DNA from: Mobula hypostoma
Taxonomy: Eukaryota
Reading direction: 5' to 3'
DNA: 64,000 nt
Assembly: GCF_963921235.1 (NCBI RefSeq)
Contig: NC_086118.1
Span: forward strand, 13,332,001-13,396,000
A program made the position numbers and the translations under genes. This document shows positions 24,400 to 35,760 of the stretch, one piece after another. A model generated the notes under the pieces. The model searched no databases. It saw only the letters and a program-made list of their open reading frames with translations, and was not told the DNA's origin. The number at the start of each line of letters is the position of its first letter. Within the stretch, counting starts at the first letter, position 1.

Positions 24400-24660
24400 T
24401 ACGTGGTTACCTCTACACTGAAGAAACTCAACAGGCTTAGGGTCATTGTTTTATTGGATACCACCGTCCAATCTGCAAGGGCTTTCACATTCTTGCTACT
24501 TTAATTCTCAACCCCAAGGTCATTCTGACCTCTTCTGCTTCTTACATTGCACCAGCAATGTGCAACATCGCCTTGAAGAACAACACACCATCTTCCGTTC
24601 TAGCACGCTGCAACACTCAGTACTCAGTGCTGAATCCAATTTCAGATGTTCAGCCTTTAC
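24400..24660 (+). mobile_element. Penelope-like GIY-YIG endonuclease relic
   Basis: LYTEETQ.., CYFNSQPQGHSDL, QHRLEEQHTIFRSSTLQ resemble the YIGET..HFN..RLEEQHLIFRLGTLQ pattern of Penelope endonucleases. Confidence 0.65.
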
Positions 24661-24686
24661 AGTTTATATTAAACTGACCAGTTCTA

Positions 24687-25032
24687 TCAGGTGGTGGGGT
24701 CTCTATCAAAGGGGGTGTAAGGCTTGCCTGCAGTTCACCCTTGGGCAAGGTATAGCTCCCCGAGCAGGGTCACGTGAAGCCATGGGAGTAGGCTGTGGAT
24801 AGTCATATGGGCAGCTGGTGCATATCGCAAGTCCTGGTTATGCAACTGCTGATGCCAGGCAGGCAATGTCTGAAGAGTATTGATAAAGGCTGGGGTCACC
24901 GTCTTGTAAAGACTCTTCCGGGAAGGCGGTGATGGCAAACCACTTCTGTTCAAAAATTTGCCAAGAATAATCATGGTCAAAAAAACACGATTGCCCACCT
25001 CATAGACATGACACATAATAATGATGATGTTA
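24687..25032 (+). mobile_element. Short non-autonomous RTE-related retroelement (346 bp)
   Basis: 10-bp TSD ACCAGTTCTA at 24677-24686 and 25033-25042; GATGGCAAACCAC motif of RTE-type elements; (ATA/ATG)n tail; no tRNA head seen. Confidence 0.75.
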
Positions 25033-26774
25033 ACCAGTTCTAATATAAAGCCATCCACTTTTTACAATAACACAGTGTCTTCTGTTTGCACAAATATCTG
25101 TTGCATTTCCAGAATTCTCTTTTGTTTTAGATTTTCCTCCTTTCATAGTTCCAACATTTGTTATCTTCCCCTTCCTCAAGATGTCCTCAGCCAAATCCCT
25201 CCATTTATATCTTCTCATCAAAGATCAGCTATGACTGACAAGCCTTCATCTTCCTCTCTCAGAGGGCACCAAAATCAAACGAGTTGCCCAGACAACCCTG
25301 GCCTCCAGTTTTTCACAGGTATCCAATTTGTTTTCTTCATCTCTCCACTTCTCTGAAATTTAAACATGCTCAATTTCTCACCTTTGCATTTCTGAAGAAG
25401 TCATCAGCAGAAATGTTACATTTTTCACTCGGCACAGATGGTTTCTGATATTCCCACTATTTTCTGCTTTTGCTTTATATAAATTCAAGTCTTTCTTTAT
25501 AATCAGCCATTGATACCATTGCATGACTTGTGTTTGAGTGGCAGCTGTTATCCTTCTGTACAGTAATCAGACCAAGTTATAAATTACCTAGAGTATGAAA
25601 GTAAGTCAGTATCCAAATCTACTTCTACCTGATGTGAAACAAGTGCCAGATCTACTGGATGGAGACTAATGATGTCTGTGGCAGCTACTTGAAGTTTTTC
25701 TACTCATTTTTCTGTCAGTCAGAAATAGCTTTTGATAAATGGTTAATAAAAATATACTTTATTGCACAAGAGGATGAGTTTGAATATCAGAATTAGGCAA
25801 AAAAAAGATTTTGAGCACTTACTATCAGCAGTAGGCTATCCCTAATTCACAGTGGCTGAGATATGTCCTCCTGCCCTAAACAGTGACATCAAGCACCCTA
25901 GAAACACATTCTCATTCCCACATGGGCTATTCATGAGATCCCCAAGCTGAAAAGCCAATGAGCAGCTAAATTCTGCATACCCAATAGGAAGAAAGAGATC
26001 GGAAGTCAAGTGATGTGGTTCTGCTGCTATATTCCTCATCAGAGTAACCTTCATGTGGAGAATTCTATCTTATTCCACTGCAAGGGATATCCTACCTGGT
26101 GAATCAATGTAAGTCTGCTACTAACTCTGACATTCACAGCAATTCTGGGAGCCAACACCAAACTGACCCTTCCTCATCAGTTACCCAGACCACTGAGTTA
26201 CTTTAACAGGCTGTTTGGGGCCAACTTTGCTTCCCCAGCGATATTTTTGCCTGAATACAAAAACTAAGTAAGAAATAGTCAGCAGTTGCACTTTAATGAG
26301 GCTATTTCAAGTTTTCATTGTTAACAAAGGAAACAGGAATTGTTGGGTAAGTCAAGCATTCCTGGGCTAGAAATGCTTTATGCTAAGTTGGTTCAAATAG
26401 AACAAATATGTTAAAGTTTCAGTGAATGGCGCAATGCTAATGTTAAATCTTAGATCATGAAGATGATTGTTTTTGGTGATGAATACTTCTGTAGTGCAAT
26501 AAGTGTATATCACAGACCTCGGAATCTTGAAGAGATTAGATCAATGCACAAGACAGAACAGCCCTATCAATTTTATCCTCTCCTCCTGTTACCAGGATGT
26601 TCTATCCCTGTGAACTGGCTACCAGCTTAGTATTACTTTGTCCTTTTATTGGACCTAGTTATCCCAGTGATTTTCAATGAGCTCTCACAGCATCACCAAC
26701 TGCTGGTCTGAGCCAGTACTGGCCCGGGACCTATCATCTTGTCTTGCACATGTTCAGTGAGAGTCATGAGTATA

Positions 26775-27072
26775 TAACATGGAACAGGTCTTATGACCTT
26801 CTGTGTCCATGATGACCTTCAAACAAACATTGTTACACTAATACTACCCTATCCATTTTATTCCCCATACATTCCCATCAATTCCCCCCGTCCAATATCC
26901 CACCATTCACTTACGTGGATTGACTAACCTACTACTATCTTTGTCATCATTAGGATGTAGGAGGAAGACAAAGCACCCATAGGAATCGGCGTGGAGTCTG
27001 CACAGTCACAAGGGAAAGTGCAGGCTCCAGGTAGACAGCACTGAAGGTTAGTATTAACTGGCACTCAGGTGA
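26775..27072 (-). mobile_element. V-SINE-like element, degenerate
   Basis: Resembles the reverse complement of a V-domain and tRNA head (TAGGATGTAGGAGGAAGACAAAGCACCC; GCAGGCTCCAGGTAGACAGCACTGAAGGTTAG). Confidence 0.55.
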
Positions 27073-28102
27073 CGACCCGACTTTTAGCTTTACTGACCCC
27101 AACAGAGCTCAGAAGTATCTCAGCTCGTGCAAAGATCCAGTGATTGTGAGCCCACAGGAAGTCTTAGGAACATGATTGAGAAATGGCAAGGAAGCAACAT
27201 GCTTCAAAAAAGATCTAGAGCTTTCCCGGCATATATGACGCATAAACTTTGCTCAGGCTTCCTGCCAAGTACAGGTGTCAATTTTAACCAATGCTTCGAT
27301 GGTAAACTCTTCCATCTTCATCAGGGATGATGCCTAGGCATGGTCTAGTCCGGTGATATGTACAGTGCCCATCCTTGGAAGTTTTCATGTTTTATTGTTT
27401 TACAACACTGAATCACAGTGGATTTAATTTGGCCTTTTTTGACACTGATCAACAGAAGAACCCTTTCGTGTCAAAGTGATCTAAATTAATTACAAATATC
27501 AAACACAAAATGATTGATTGCATTGGTATTCACCCCCTTCAAGTCAGTATGCACCTTTGGCAGCAATGACAACCTTGAGTTGGTGTGGATAGGTCTCAAA
27601 CATCTTTGCAAATCTGGACACTGCAATTTCCCCCATTTTTCTTCACAAAACCGCTGAAGCTTTATCAGATTGCATGGGGATCATGAGTGAGCAGCCCTTT
27701 TCAAGTCCAGCCACAAATTCTCAATAGGATGGAGGTCTGGACTTTGGCCTGGCCCTCCAGGGCATTAATTTTGTTGTTTTTAAGCCATTCCTTGTAACTT
27801 TGGCTTTATGCTTGGGGTCATTGTCTTGGTAGAAAGCAAATCCTCCAGGATTTCCCTGTACTTTGCTGCATTCATTTTACCCTCCACCTTCACAAGCCTA
27901 CCAGGGCCTGCTGCAGTGAAGAATTCCCACAGCATAGAAACATAGAAACATAGAAAACCTCCAGTACAATACAGGCCCTTCGGCCCACAAAACTGAGCCG
28001 AACATGTCCCTATCTTAGAACTACCTAAGCTTTACCCATAGCCCTCTATTTTTCTAAGCTCCATGTAGCCATCCAGGAGTCTCTTAAAATACCCTATTGT
28101 TT

Positions 28103-29481
28103 ACTAGAGAGATTTACTAGAATGTTAACTGGGTTTCATCACCTAAGTTACAGAGAAGGGTTGAACAAGTTGGGTCTTTATTCTTTGGAACGTAGAAGGT
28201 TGAGAGGGGACTTGATAGAGGTATTTAAAATTATGAGGGAGATAGATAGAGTTGACGTGAATAGGTTTTTTCCACTGAGAGTAGGGGAGATTCAAACAAG
28301 AGGACATGAGTTGAGAGTTAAAGAGCAAAAGTTTAGGGGTAACATGAGGGGGAACTTCTTTACTGAGAGAGTGGTGTTACGTAAACGGCAACAATGAATA
28401 TCAATCGAGACAGGTTACATATAAACAACCAAACATTTATTAAACGCGGATAAATGATAAGGAAAAGAAAAACAAATGAAAACTTTAACCGGAAGTTAAC
28501 AGATATGCAGCCGTTCACCAACTCGCCACTTGGCTCTGGTTCTTAAAGCGTTAAATGCGAAAACAGTTCTTAAAACGATACAGTCAGATATAGTTCTTAA
28601 AGTGATAACTTCAGAAGTCCAACAGATTTACACGTTCAATTGGGAGAGACTTCTCTGGAGAAGGATTTCTTCACAGACGCACCTTTACTGCTGGTTCTGT
28701 CCACAGGATTCACGATGCCGAAAATAAACAGTTTAAATCAACTGACCTTAAATTCCTTCAGAGAGAGAGCACCTTTTTGCATGAAATCCTTACTCTTTTT
28801 GGCAAGAGTTATCTCCATGCAGGTTGCTACTCCAACGAAGACTCAATAAGGTCGATCCTTTATTAAGCTGCCAAACGATGCCGACTCCTCTCGCTCCCTC
28901 GATCCTGCACTTCGATAAATTCTTCACACTCCCTTCTAATGTTGGAAATGAGTAAATCAACACATCTAGCAAAAATTTCCAGTCCAGTCCAATAATAATA
29001 TCTAGCAACAGAACGCACACTCCATTTTAAAAATGAAACTGCGTCACAAAAACAAACACGCAACAGAAACGGAGGCACAACACGTTCTACCTGGAAGTCT
29101 ACAAACTCAAAACCCACTGCGTCACCTGGATCAACTCTTATATAGTCATGGGTCACATGTCATTACGTGACCTCACATCGGTGGGAAAATCACATCAGGT
29201 GACCTCCAAAAGACCATTACATCATTCTCACAAAAAAAACCAGATCTCCTTGAGCATGTAACAGTGGTGGCTGTGTGGAACGAGCTTCCAGCAGAAGTGG
29301 TTGAGGCAGGCTCGATGTTGTCGTTTAATGTTAAATTGGACAGCTATGTGGACAGGAAAGGAATGGAGGGTTATGGGCTGAGTGCAGGTCGGTGGGATTA
29401 GGTGAGAGTAAGAGTTCGGCATGGGCTAGAAGGGCCGAGATGGCCTGTTTCCGTGCTGTAACTGTTATATGGTTATATGGT
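28103..29481 (+). mobile_element. Second CR1 3' fragment, opposite strand, split by a solo LTR
   Basis: LYSLERRRLRGDLIEVFKIM..TRGHELRV..NFFTERVV, resuming at 29268; (GTTATATG)n tail at about 29464-29481. Confidence 0.87.
28375..29263 (-). mobile_element. Solo LTR (889 bp)
   Basis: Perfect TGTTAC...GTAACA termini; 4-bp TSD GTGG at 28371-28374 and 29264-29267; minus-strand TATATAA near 29140 and AATAAA near 28440. Confidence 0.9.
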
Positions 29482-32377
29482 TTCTTCCTCCACCACCACT
29501 GTCAGCAGCCCATTCCATGCATTTACTCTGCGTAAAAAAAACCCTTGACATCTCCTCTGTACCTACTTTCAAGCACCTTAAAACTATGCCCTCTCATGCT
29601 TGCCATTTCAGCCCTGGGGAAAAGCCTCTGACTATACACACGATTAATGCCTCTCATTATCTAGTACAACTCTATCAGGTCACCTCTCATCCTCTGTCGC
29701 TCCTAGGACAAAAGGCCGAGTTCACTCAACCTACTCTCATAAGGCATGCTCCCCAATCCAGGCAACATCCTTGTAAGTCTCCTCTGCACCCTTTCTATGG
29801 TTTCCACGTCCTTTCTGTAGAGAGGCGAGCAGAATTGAGCACAGTACTCCAAGTGGGGTCTGACCAGGGTCCTATATAGCTGCAACATTACCTCTCTTAA
29901 ATTCAATCCCATGATTGACGAAGGCCAATGCACCATATGGCTTCTTAACCACAGAGTCAACCTGCATGATGCATGATGCAGCCACCACAATGCTTCACAG
30001 AAGGGGTGGTGTGTTTTTGATGAAGTGTTGTTTATGGTTTATGCCAAACATAACATTTAGTCTGATGGCCGAAAAGGTCAATTTTGGTTTCATCAGACCA
30101 TAGAATCTTCTTCCATCTGACTTCAGAGTCTCCCACTTCCCTTCTAGCAAACTCTAGCTAAGATTCCATGTGAGTATTTTTCTCTTTGCCGCTCACCTAT
30201 AAAGTGGAGACTGGTTAAGCACCTGGGCAACAGTTGTATGTGCAGTCTGTCCCATCTCAGCCACTGACACTTGTAATGCCTCCAGAGTTGTCATAGATCT
30301 TTTGGTAGTTTCCCTCACTAGTCCCCTTCTTGCACAGTCACTCAGTTTTTGAGGATGGCAGATTTACAGCTGTGCCATATTCTTTCCATTTCCCGATAAC
30401 CGACTTAATTGTACTCCAAGAGACATTCAGTGACTTGGAAATATTCTTGTATCCATCTCCTGACTTGTGCTTTTCAATAACCTTTTTGTGGAGTTGCTTG
30501 GGGTGTTCTTTTGGTGTAGTTTTTGGCCAGATACTTACTCACCAGCAGTTGGACTGCCCAGATACAGGTGTGTTTTTACTGCAATCAATTGAAACACCTT
30601 GACGGCACATGGGTCTCCAAAACTAGATTGCAATTTAATTAATTATGTGACTTCTAAAACCAATTGACTGCACCAGTGATAATTTGGTGTGTTGTCATAT
30701 TAAAGAGGGTGACACAATCAATCATTTTGTCGTTTATATTTGTAATTAATTTAGATCACTTTGTACAGATTTGTTTTCACTTTGACATAAAAGAGTCTTT
30801 TTCTGTTGATTAGTGTCAAAAAAGCCAAATTAAATCCACAGTGATTCAGTATTGTAGAACAATAAAACGTGAAACTTCCAAGGGGGTGAATACTTTTTAT
30901 AGGCACGTGCTTCAAGTTATTAACATGAATTCAACCATGTTTCCATGTTTCCTTGAAAACGTTAACATAACTGAGTGCCTAGGTCATGGAGGCAACTTTG
31001 AACTAAATTGCTACTGGGATCTGTTGGTCTATTCTGTGCAAATGATGGAAGATGCTGAAATTCCACTCATCTCCAGTACCCCTTTCCCTAAGACAGATGA
31101 ATAAGGTTATGTGTGCTCACTCTGGATTCTTATCTCCCAATTGTTCAGTCTTCACTTTTCCAACAAAAGGGCAAAGGTCAAAGCTCGAGGGCCATCCAAT
31201 TTGTGGAGGTGACTCTTGAGGACATGTGTAGGAATGCATGGGGATGAAGATGAGTGATTGGTGAATGGTAATTTGTTTATTATCGCCACGTTCTGAGATA
31301 CAGTCAAAATTTTAATTTACATGCAGTCCAGTGGGATCATGCCATCAAGGACATATAAACTGCCATAGATGCTGCCTGACTTGCTGAGTTCCTCCAGCAT
31401 TTTGTGTGTGTTGCTCAAGATTTCCAGCATCTGCAAAATCTCTTGTGTTTGTGTTTACATACCAGAGGACCTTTCTGAGATGAAACACCCCACCGGCTGT
31501 CTCTAAAACATCCGCTTAATCTCTCCTGACTCTATTATGTCACTTACTTCCCTTTTCTTTTAGTATGCACTTTTGAGATATTCCACGAGCACCACAGCTG
31601 AGAATGTATTATGCATTATGTCCAATGCTGCTGACTGAGTAAGAAAATTGAACTTGACTGAGAACTTGAATGAGACAGTTGTATTAAAAAGCATCTTGAA
31701 AACAACAGTACTTATTGCAGATTTCTGGTGGAACTAGATTTGCTTCTAGATCATTGCCAACTTAGATGATGATCCCATCATTTCCTTTGCATAATCTGTG
31801 GGCTTCTCTGTATGTACTTCCAAATATATATATAATTATTTCCCCTCATTTGATTACCCTTCATCCCACTCATTTAAAAGAGATTTTCTCCCTTCTATTA
31901 CTCACTCAGTGATGTGTTTATCTCCTCATGAATCTGGAATTGATCCCAGGTTCTGACACGGCAAGGAACAGTCCACTGTGGATGAAATCATCACTATTAA
32001 TCACTATGTTTCTGTTTGGTGAGTATTATCAACAATATTACAGCCCTTCATAACAGTAAGCACATCACTGGAAAAATACATATAATTAGATGCATGACAT
32101 AAATATACATGATATATCCAACACTGTCATAACTAATTGTAGACTTGGTTACAAATAATGGTCTGATGCTTTAGTTTTGTTGGGAGTGAAATTAAATTGT
32201 GCAGCACCTGCGCAATTAAATACAGTGTTCTGCTAATGTTCAAAAATTGGTTCAAGAATGAATGAGTATGCTTCTGACAACAAATATGCCAAACTGCATG
32301 TAGATGAAAGGGCTGGCACAAATTCCCAACAATGACGGACCTACCACTTTTGAACTCCATGTTCTACACTTCCATCT

Positions 32378-32836
32378 CAAAGTTCAAAGTTCAAATTTAT
32401 CGTCAAAGTACAGTATGAATAACATAGATTCATCTTCTTGCAGGCACCTGCAAAACAAAGAAACACCATAGAATTGAATTTTTAAAAAAACACTCTCAAC
32501 GAAGACTGACGAATATCCAATGTGCAGAAAGAGGGAAAACCGAGTAAGTAGTAAAAACTTAAATGAACAAATAACATGTAGAGCATGAGCTGCTGAGTCC
32601 TGAAAATTGTGCCCACAGCTGTGGAGTCAGTTCAGCGCTGAGACGAGTGAAGCTGGTCCACAGACTGATGGCTGCAGAGCAGCAACGCCTCCCAAATGTG
32701 GCAGCGGGGAACCTAAGACTCCTCCGCCTCCCGCCCAATGGTCATAGTGAGAGAACAGGGAGATGGTCAAACACAGGCAGACATCACTGAACACCAATTT
32801 GTTTTCCATTCTCAGGCCTCTGATTTAATCTGGCTC
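32378..32836 (-). mobile_element. Rex1/L2-type LINE 3' region, host of the RTE insertion; probably continues at about 34295-34560
   Basis: CAAAGTTCAAAGTTCAAATTTAT tail shared with the copies at 11788 and 49452. Confidence 0.6.
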
Positions 32837-32849
32837 ATTGCTTAAATTA

Positions 32850-34281
32850 CAGCCAAAATGTTGAAATACCTTGGCGACTCGGAGGTTGAGGAGATCACGA
32901 GGCTTTGCAATACAATCTACTCAACAGGAAAGTGGCCAACAGATTTTGTGGTGTCAGAGTTTGTCATGATCCCAAAGAAAAGTAAGAGCACGAAATGCTC
33001 AGACTTTAGAACTATAAGTCTTATAAGTCACGCCTCCAAGATCTTGTTATTAATACTTCTAATCAGAATAAAAAGGTCAGTTCTTAATGAAATTAATGAG
33101 TGCCAGAGTGGATTTATACCGGGTAAGGGTACCTGTGAAGGGTTTCAATTTGCGAATGATTGTGGAACCAGGTCTAGAAAAAAAAAGACGTTTACATGTG
33201 CTTCCTGGATTACGAAAAAGCTTTTGACTGAGTCAATCATGAACAGTTGGTCAATTGCCTGAACTCATTGGGGCTGGATGAGAAAGATGTTCGACTGATT
33301 GAGAGTCTGTACTGGCATTAGAAGGCAATATTAAGAACTAGTGGTGGGGATTCACCGGAAGTTGAGATCCAAAAAGGGGTTCGCCAGGGCTGCATTATCT
33401 CCTCTTTATTGTTTAACATTTACTCAGAGGTAATCTTCAGGGTGTTGAACGATGAAGCTGGTGTCCAAATTGGTGGAGTGACGGTAAACAACTTGAGGTA
33501 TGCAAATGATTCAGTTTTGTTAGCCGAGACTGAGGACGAGTTACTCAGAATAGTAGATAAGATAAATGCTGAAGGAGAACAATTTGGAATGAAAATAAAT
33601 GCTGTAAAGATGAAGATGATGGTAGTATCACGGAAGAAAGAAGTCCCCAAAATCAGTATCAAAATTAATGGCTTAGGCATAGAGCAAGTCAAGAAATTTG
33701 TGTACTTGGGACAGATGGTCACAGAGGGTGGGAAATGTGATACAGAAATTAGACGAAGAATTGAGATTGCAAGATCAGCGTTCTGGAGCCTGAGTGACAT
33801 GCTGTGTGGCAAGAAGTCGGACTTTTGGCTGCGTTGTAGAATTTGGAAATGCTACGTCTGGAGCAGCCTGTTGTATGGAGTTGAATTGTGGACCTTATGC
33901 AAGGAAGCACAACGACGACTGGAGGCATTTGAAATGTGGTGTTTAAGGAGAATGCAGAAAATTAGATGGGTGATGAAGGTCAGTAATATGGAAGTGTTGA
34001 AGAGAGTGAGGAGAGAAAAAGAGTTGCTGAAGAATGTGCAGAAAAGGAAGCTGGAATACGCCGGGCACTTGTTAAGAGGTGGTGGACTGCAGAAATTGTT
34101 ATTGACAGGGATAATAGAAGGAAAGAGGGAAAGAGGAAGGCAGCAAACCACTTGGTGCAATAATGTGAGGCAATGGACTGGGTTGAGTTATGCCGAGGCC
34201 AGAAAAAGAGCGCAAGATCGAAGAAGATGGAGGTGCATAGCCGCCAACCCTGGATTCGGGATAGCACCCACTGACTAACTG
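32850..34281 (+). mobile_element. 5'-truncated RTE-clade (RTE-X-like) LINE, distinct from the family at 1338-6969
   Basis: RT motifs FRTISLISHASKILL, CQSGF, GVRQGCIISP, NNLRYAND, FVYLG, RLEAFEMWCLRRM; stop at 34278; (ACTG)n-like tail. 13-bp TSD with one mismatch, ATTGCT(T/C)AAATTA, at 32837-32849 and 34282-34294. Confidence 0.9.
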
Positions 34282-34799
34282 ATTGCTCAAATTAGCGCAG
34301 AGAAATGGCACTGAGCATGGGTTTGTTTTGCACTCTCAGGCTTTGACACATCATCCACCCCCAGCAGTCGCTGCCCCGGCTATAGCCATAACAGTATTCT
34401 CGAGAGTCAAGTTTGGCGTATCCTTCAGGAGATCGTAAAATCACTAGCTTGTTTAGATGGTTCAAAAGTACATTCTTAAAGGGAAATTACAAGCTGTGGA
34501 TTGCAGTGATTGTAGTTCAGAAGTATTTCTAGTAGAGTACCTAGTAGTTTTGTGAAATCCTCAGAAACCTATTCTGCCACAGACCAAAACAATATTAAAC
34601 CAAATGAAGGAACCCTCTCTATAGTACTGATTCAAGGGATTGGATTAGTGGCTAGATTACATCGACTGATTGTTGATATCTCTGAAGGTATTGACTCATC
34701 AGTAATGTTATGTTATGCGCTGACTCTTCCAGAAATGTTTTAGAGGCCAAGTCCAAATAACGCTAACTGTTTTCAATCACTTAAAAAAATACTCTACTT

Positions 34800-35760
34800 T
34801 CAACTTCTACCATTAAAATGGATCATCTCACATATGTTCACATTAAATTCCGTCTGCTATGTTTTTGCTCAGTCACTTAGCCTCTCTATGCCTCTTAAAG
34901 CATCTTTGTATTCTCCTCATAATTAATGTAGCTTCATATCACTGAACAGCATAGTTGAATTACATGGGGTCTTCTCAAGTCATTGTTGTAGATTGTGAAA
35001 AAACGGAGGTTCAAGTATTTGATCCCAGTAGCAGCACTCTACTTAATGCCTCCCAACCTGAACATCACCTGTCTCTGCATACTCTGCTTTTTTTCGTTCA
35101 TTAACCATTCTTAGTCAATATCAGCATTTTCCCCAATTCCATGTCCTCTAATTTTCTTCAGTAATTTCTTATCTGAAGCCTTATCAAAGGCCTTCCAAAT
35201 CCCAAATGATTCACATTTGTCTATTCTGCATGTTATAGCCATTAAAACACTCTATCAAACATGACTTCCCTTTCAGAAATCAATACTAATCTGCCCATTC
35301 CTTTTATTAATTTCTAACTGTCCATTACACTTCTTAAATTATTATATTATAGTATTTTCCCTATTGGTTTCTGGTAAAGTATTTTCTCTATTCTTTTATT
35401 CTGAAATAATGAGATTACATTTGCAACCTTCTGTTCTGTGACATCTATTTTAGAATCACCGTAACTTGGGCAATGGGAACCAGCCACCCACTGTCTGTAC
35501 CATTACCTTTGTCAAGTCTTCAGTTTGAAGACCATGGAAATCAATCAACTTTCAAACTTATTAATTTATTTGGTTCTTTTTCTTATTAATGCTAATTTCC
35601 TTCTGTCCCTCTCTCAAAGGTGACCTGTTATTCTTTGTTTCCAGGAAATTTTCTTTGTCTTCTGCCAAGAAAATTGACATCATGTTTTGCATGCTTTCAC
35701 TGTCTTCTCCTTAATCCCCAATACAATTCCTTATATGTAGAGGACCCAAATTTTTTAAAT
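34800..35760 (-). mobile_element. Old degenerate CR1 LINE
   Basis: Resembles the CR1 RT segments at 48300-49400 (e.g. CCTTATCAAAGGCCTTCC, ACATTTGCAACCTTC). Boundaries approximate. Confidence 0.6.

Larger units (their letters stand above)
27936..29965 (-). mobile_element. CR1 LINE 3' fragment inserted in the Tc1, split at about 28100/29482
   Basis: (CATAGAAA)n tail at 27933-27955; LYRTLVRPHLEYCAQF..IERVQRRLTRMLPG. Tc1 sequence CACAGCAT|GATGCAGCC flanks it. Confidence 0.85.
27363..30907 (-). mobile_element. Tc1-family DNA transposon (IR/DR type) carrying nested insertions
   Basis: TA-CAGTGCC start; about 200-bp inverted repeats (27363-27545 and 30700-30907) with ATTCACCCCCTT direct repeats. 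Transposase remnants on minus: QSPDLHPIENLW near 27720 and WSDETKIDLFG near 30090. Confidence 0.88.
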
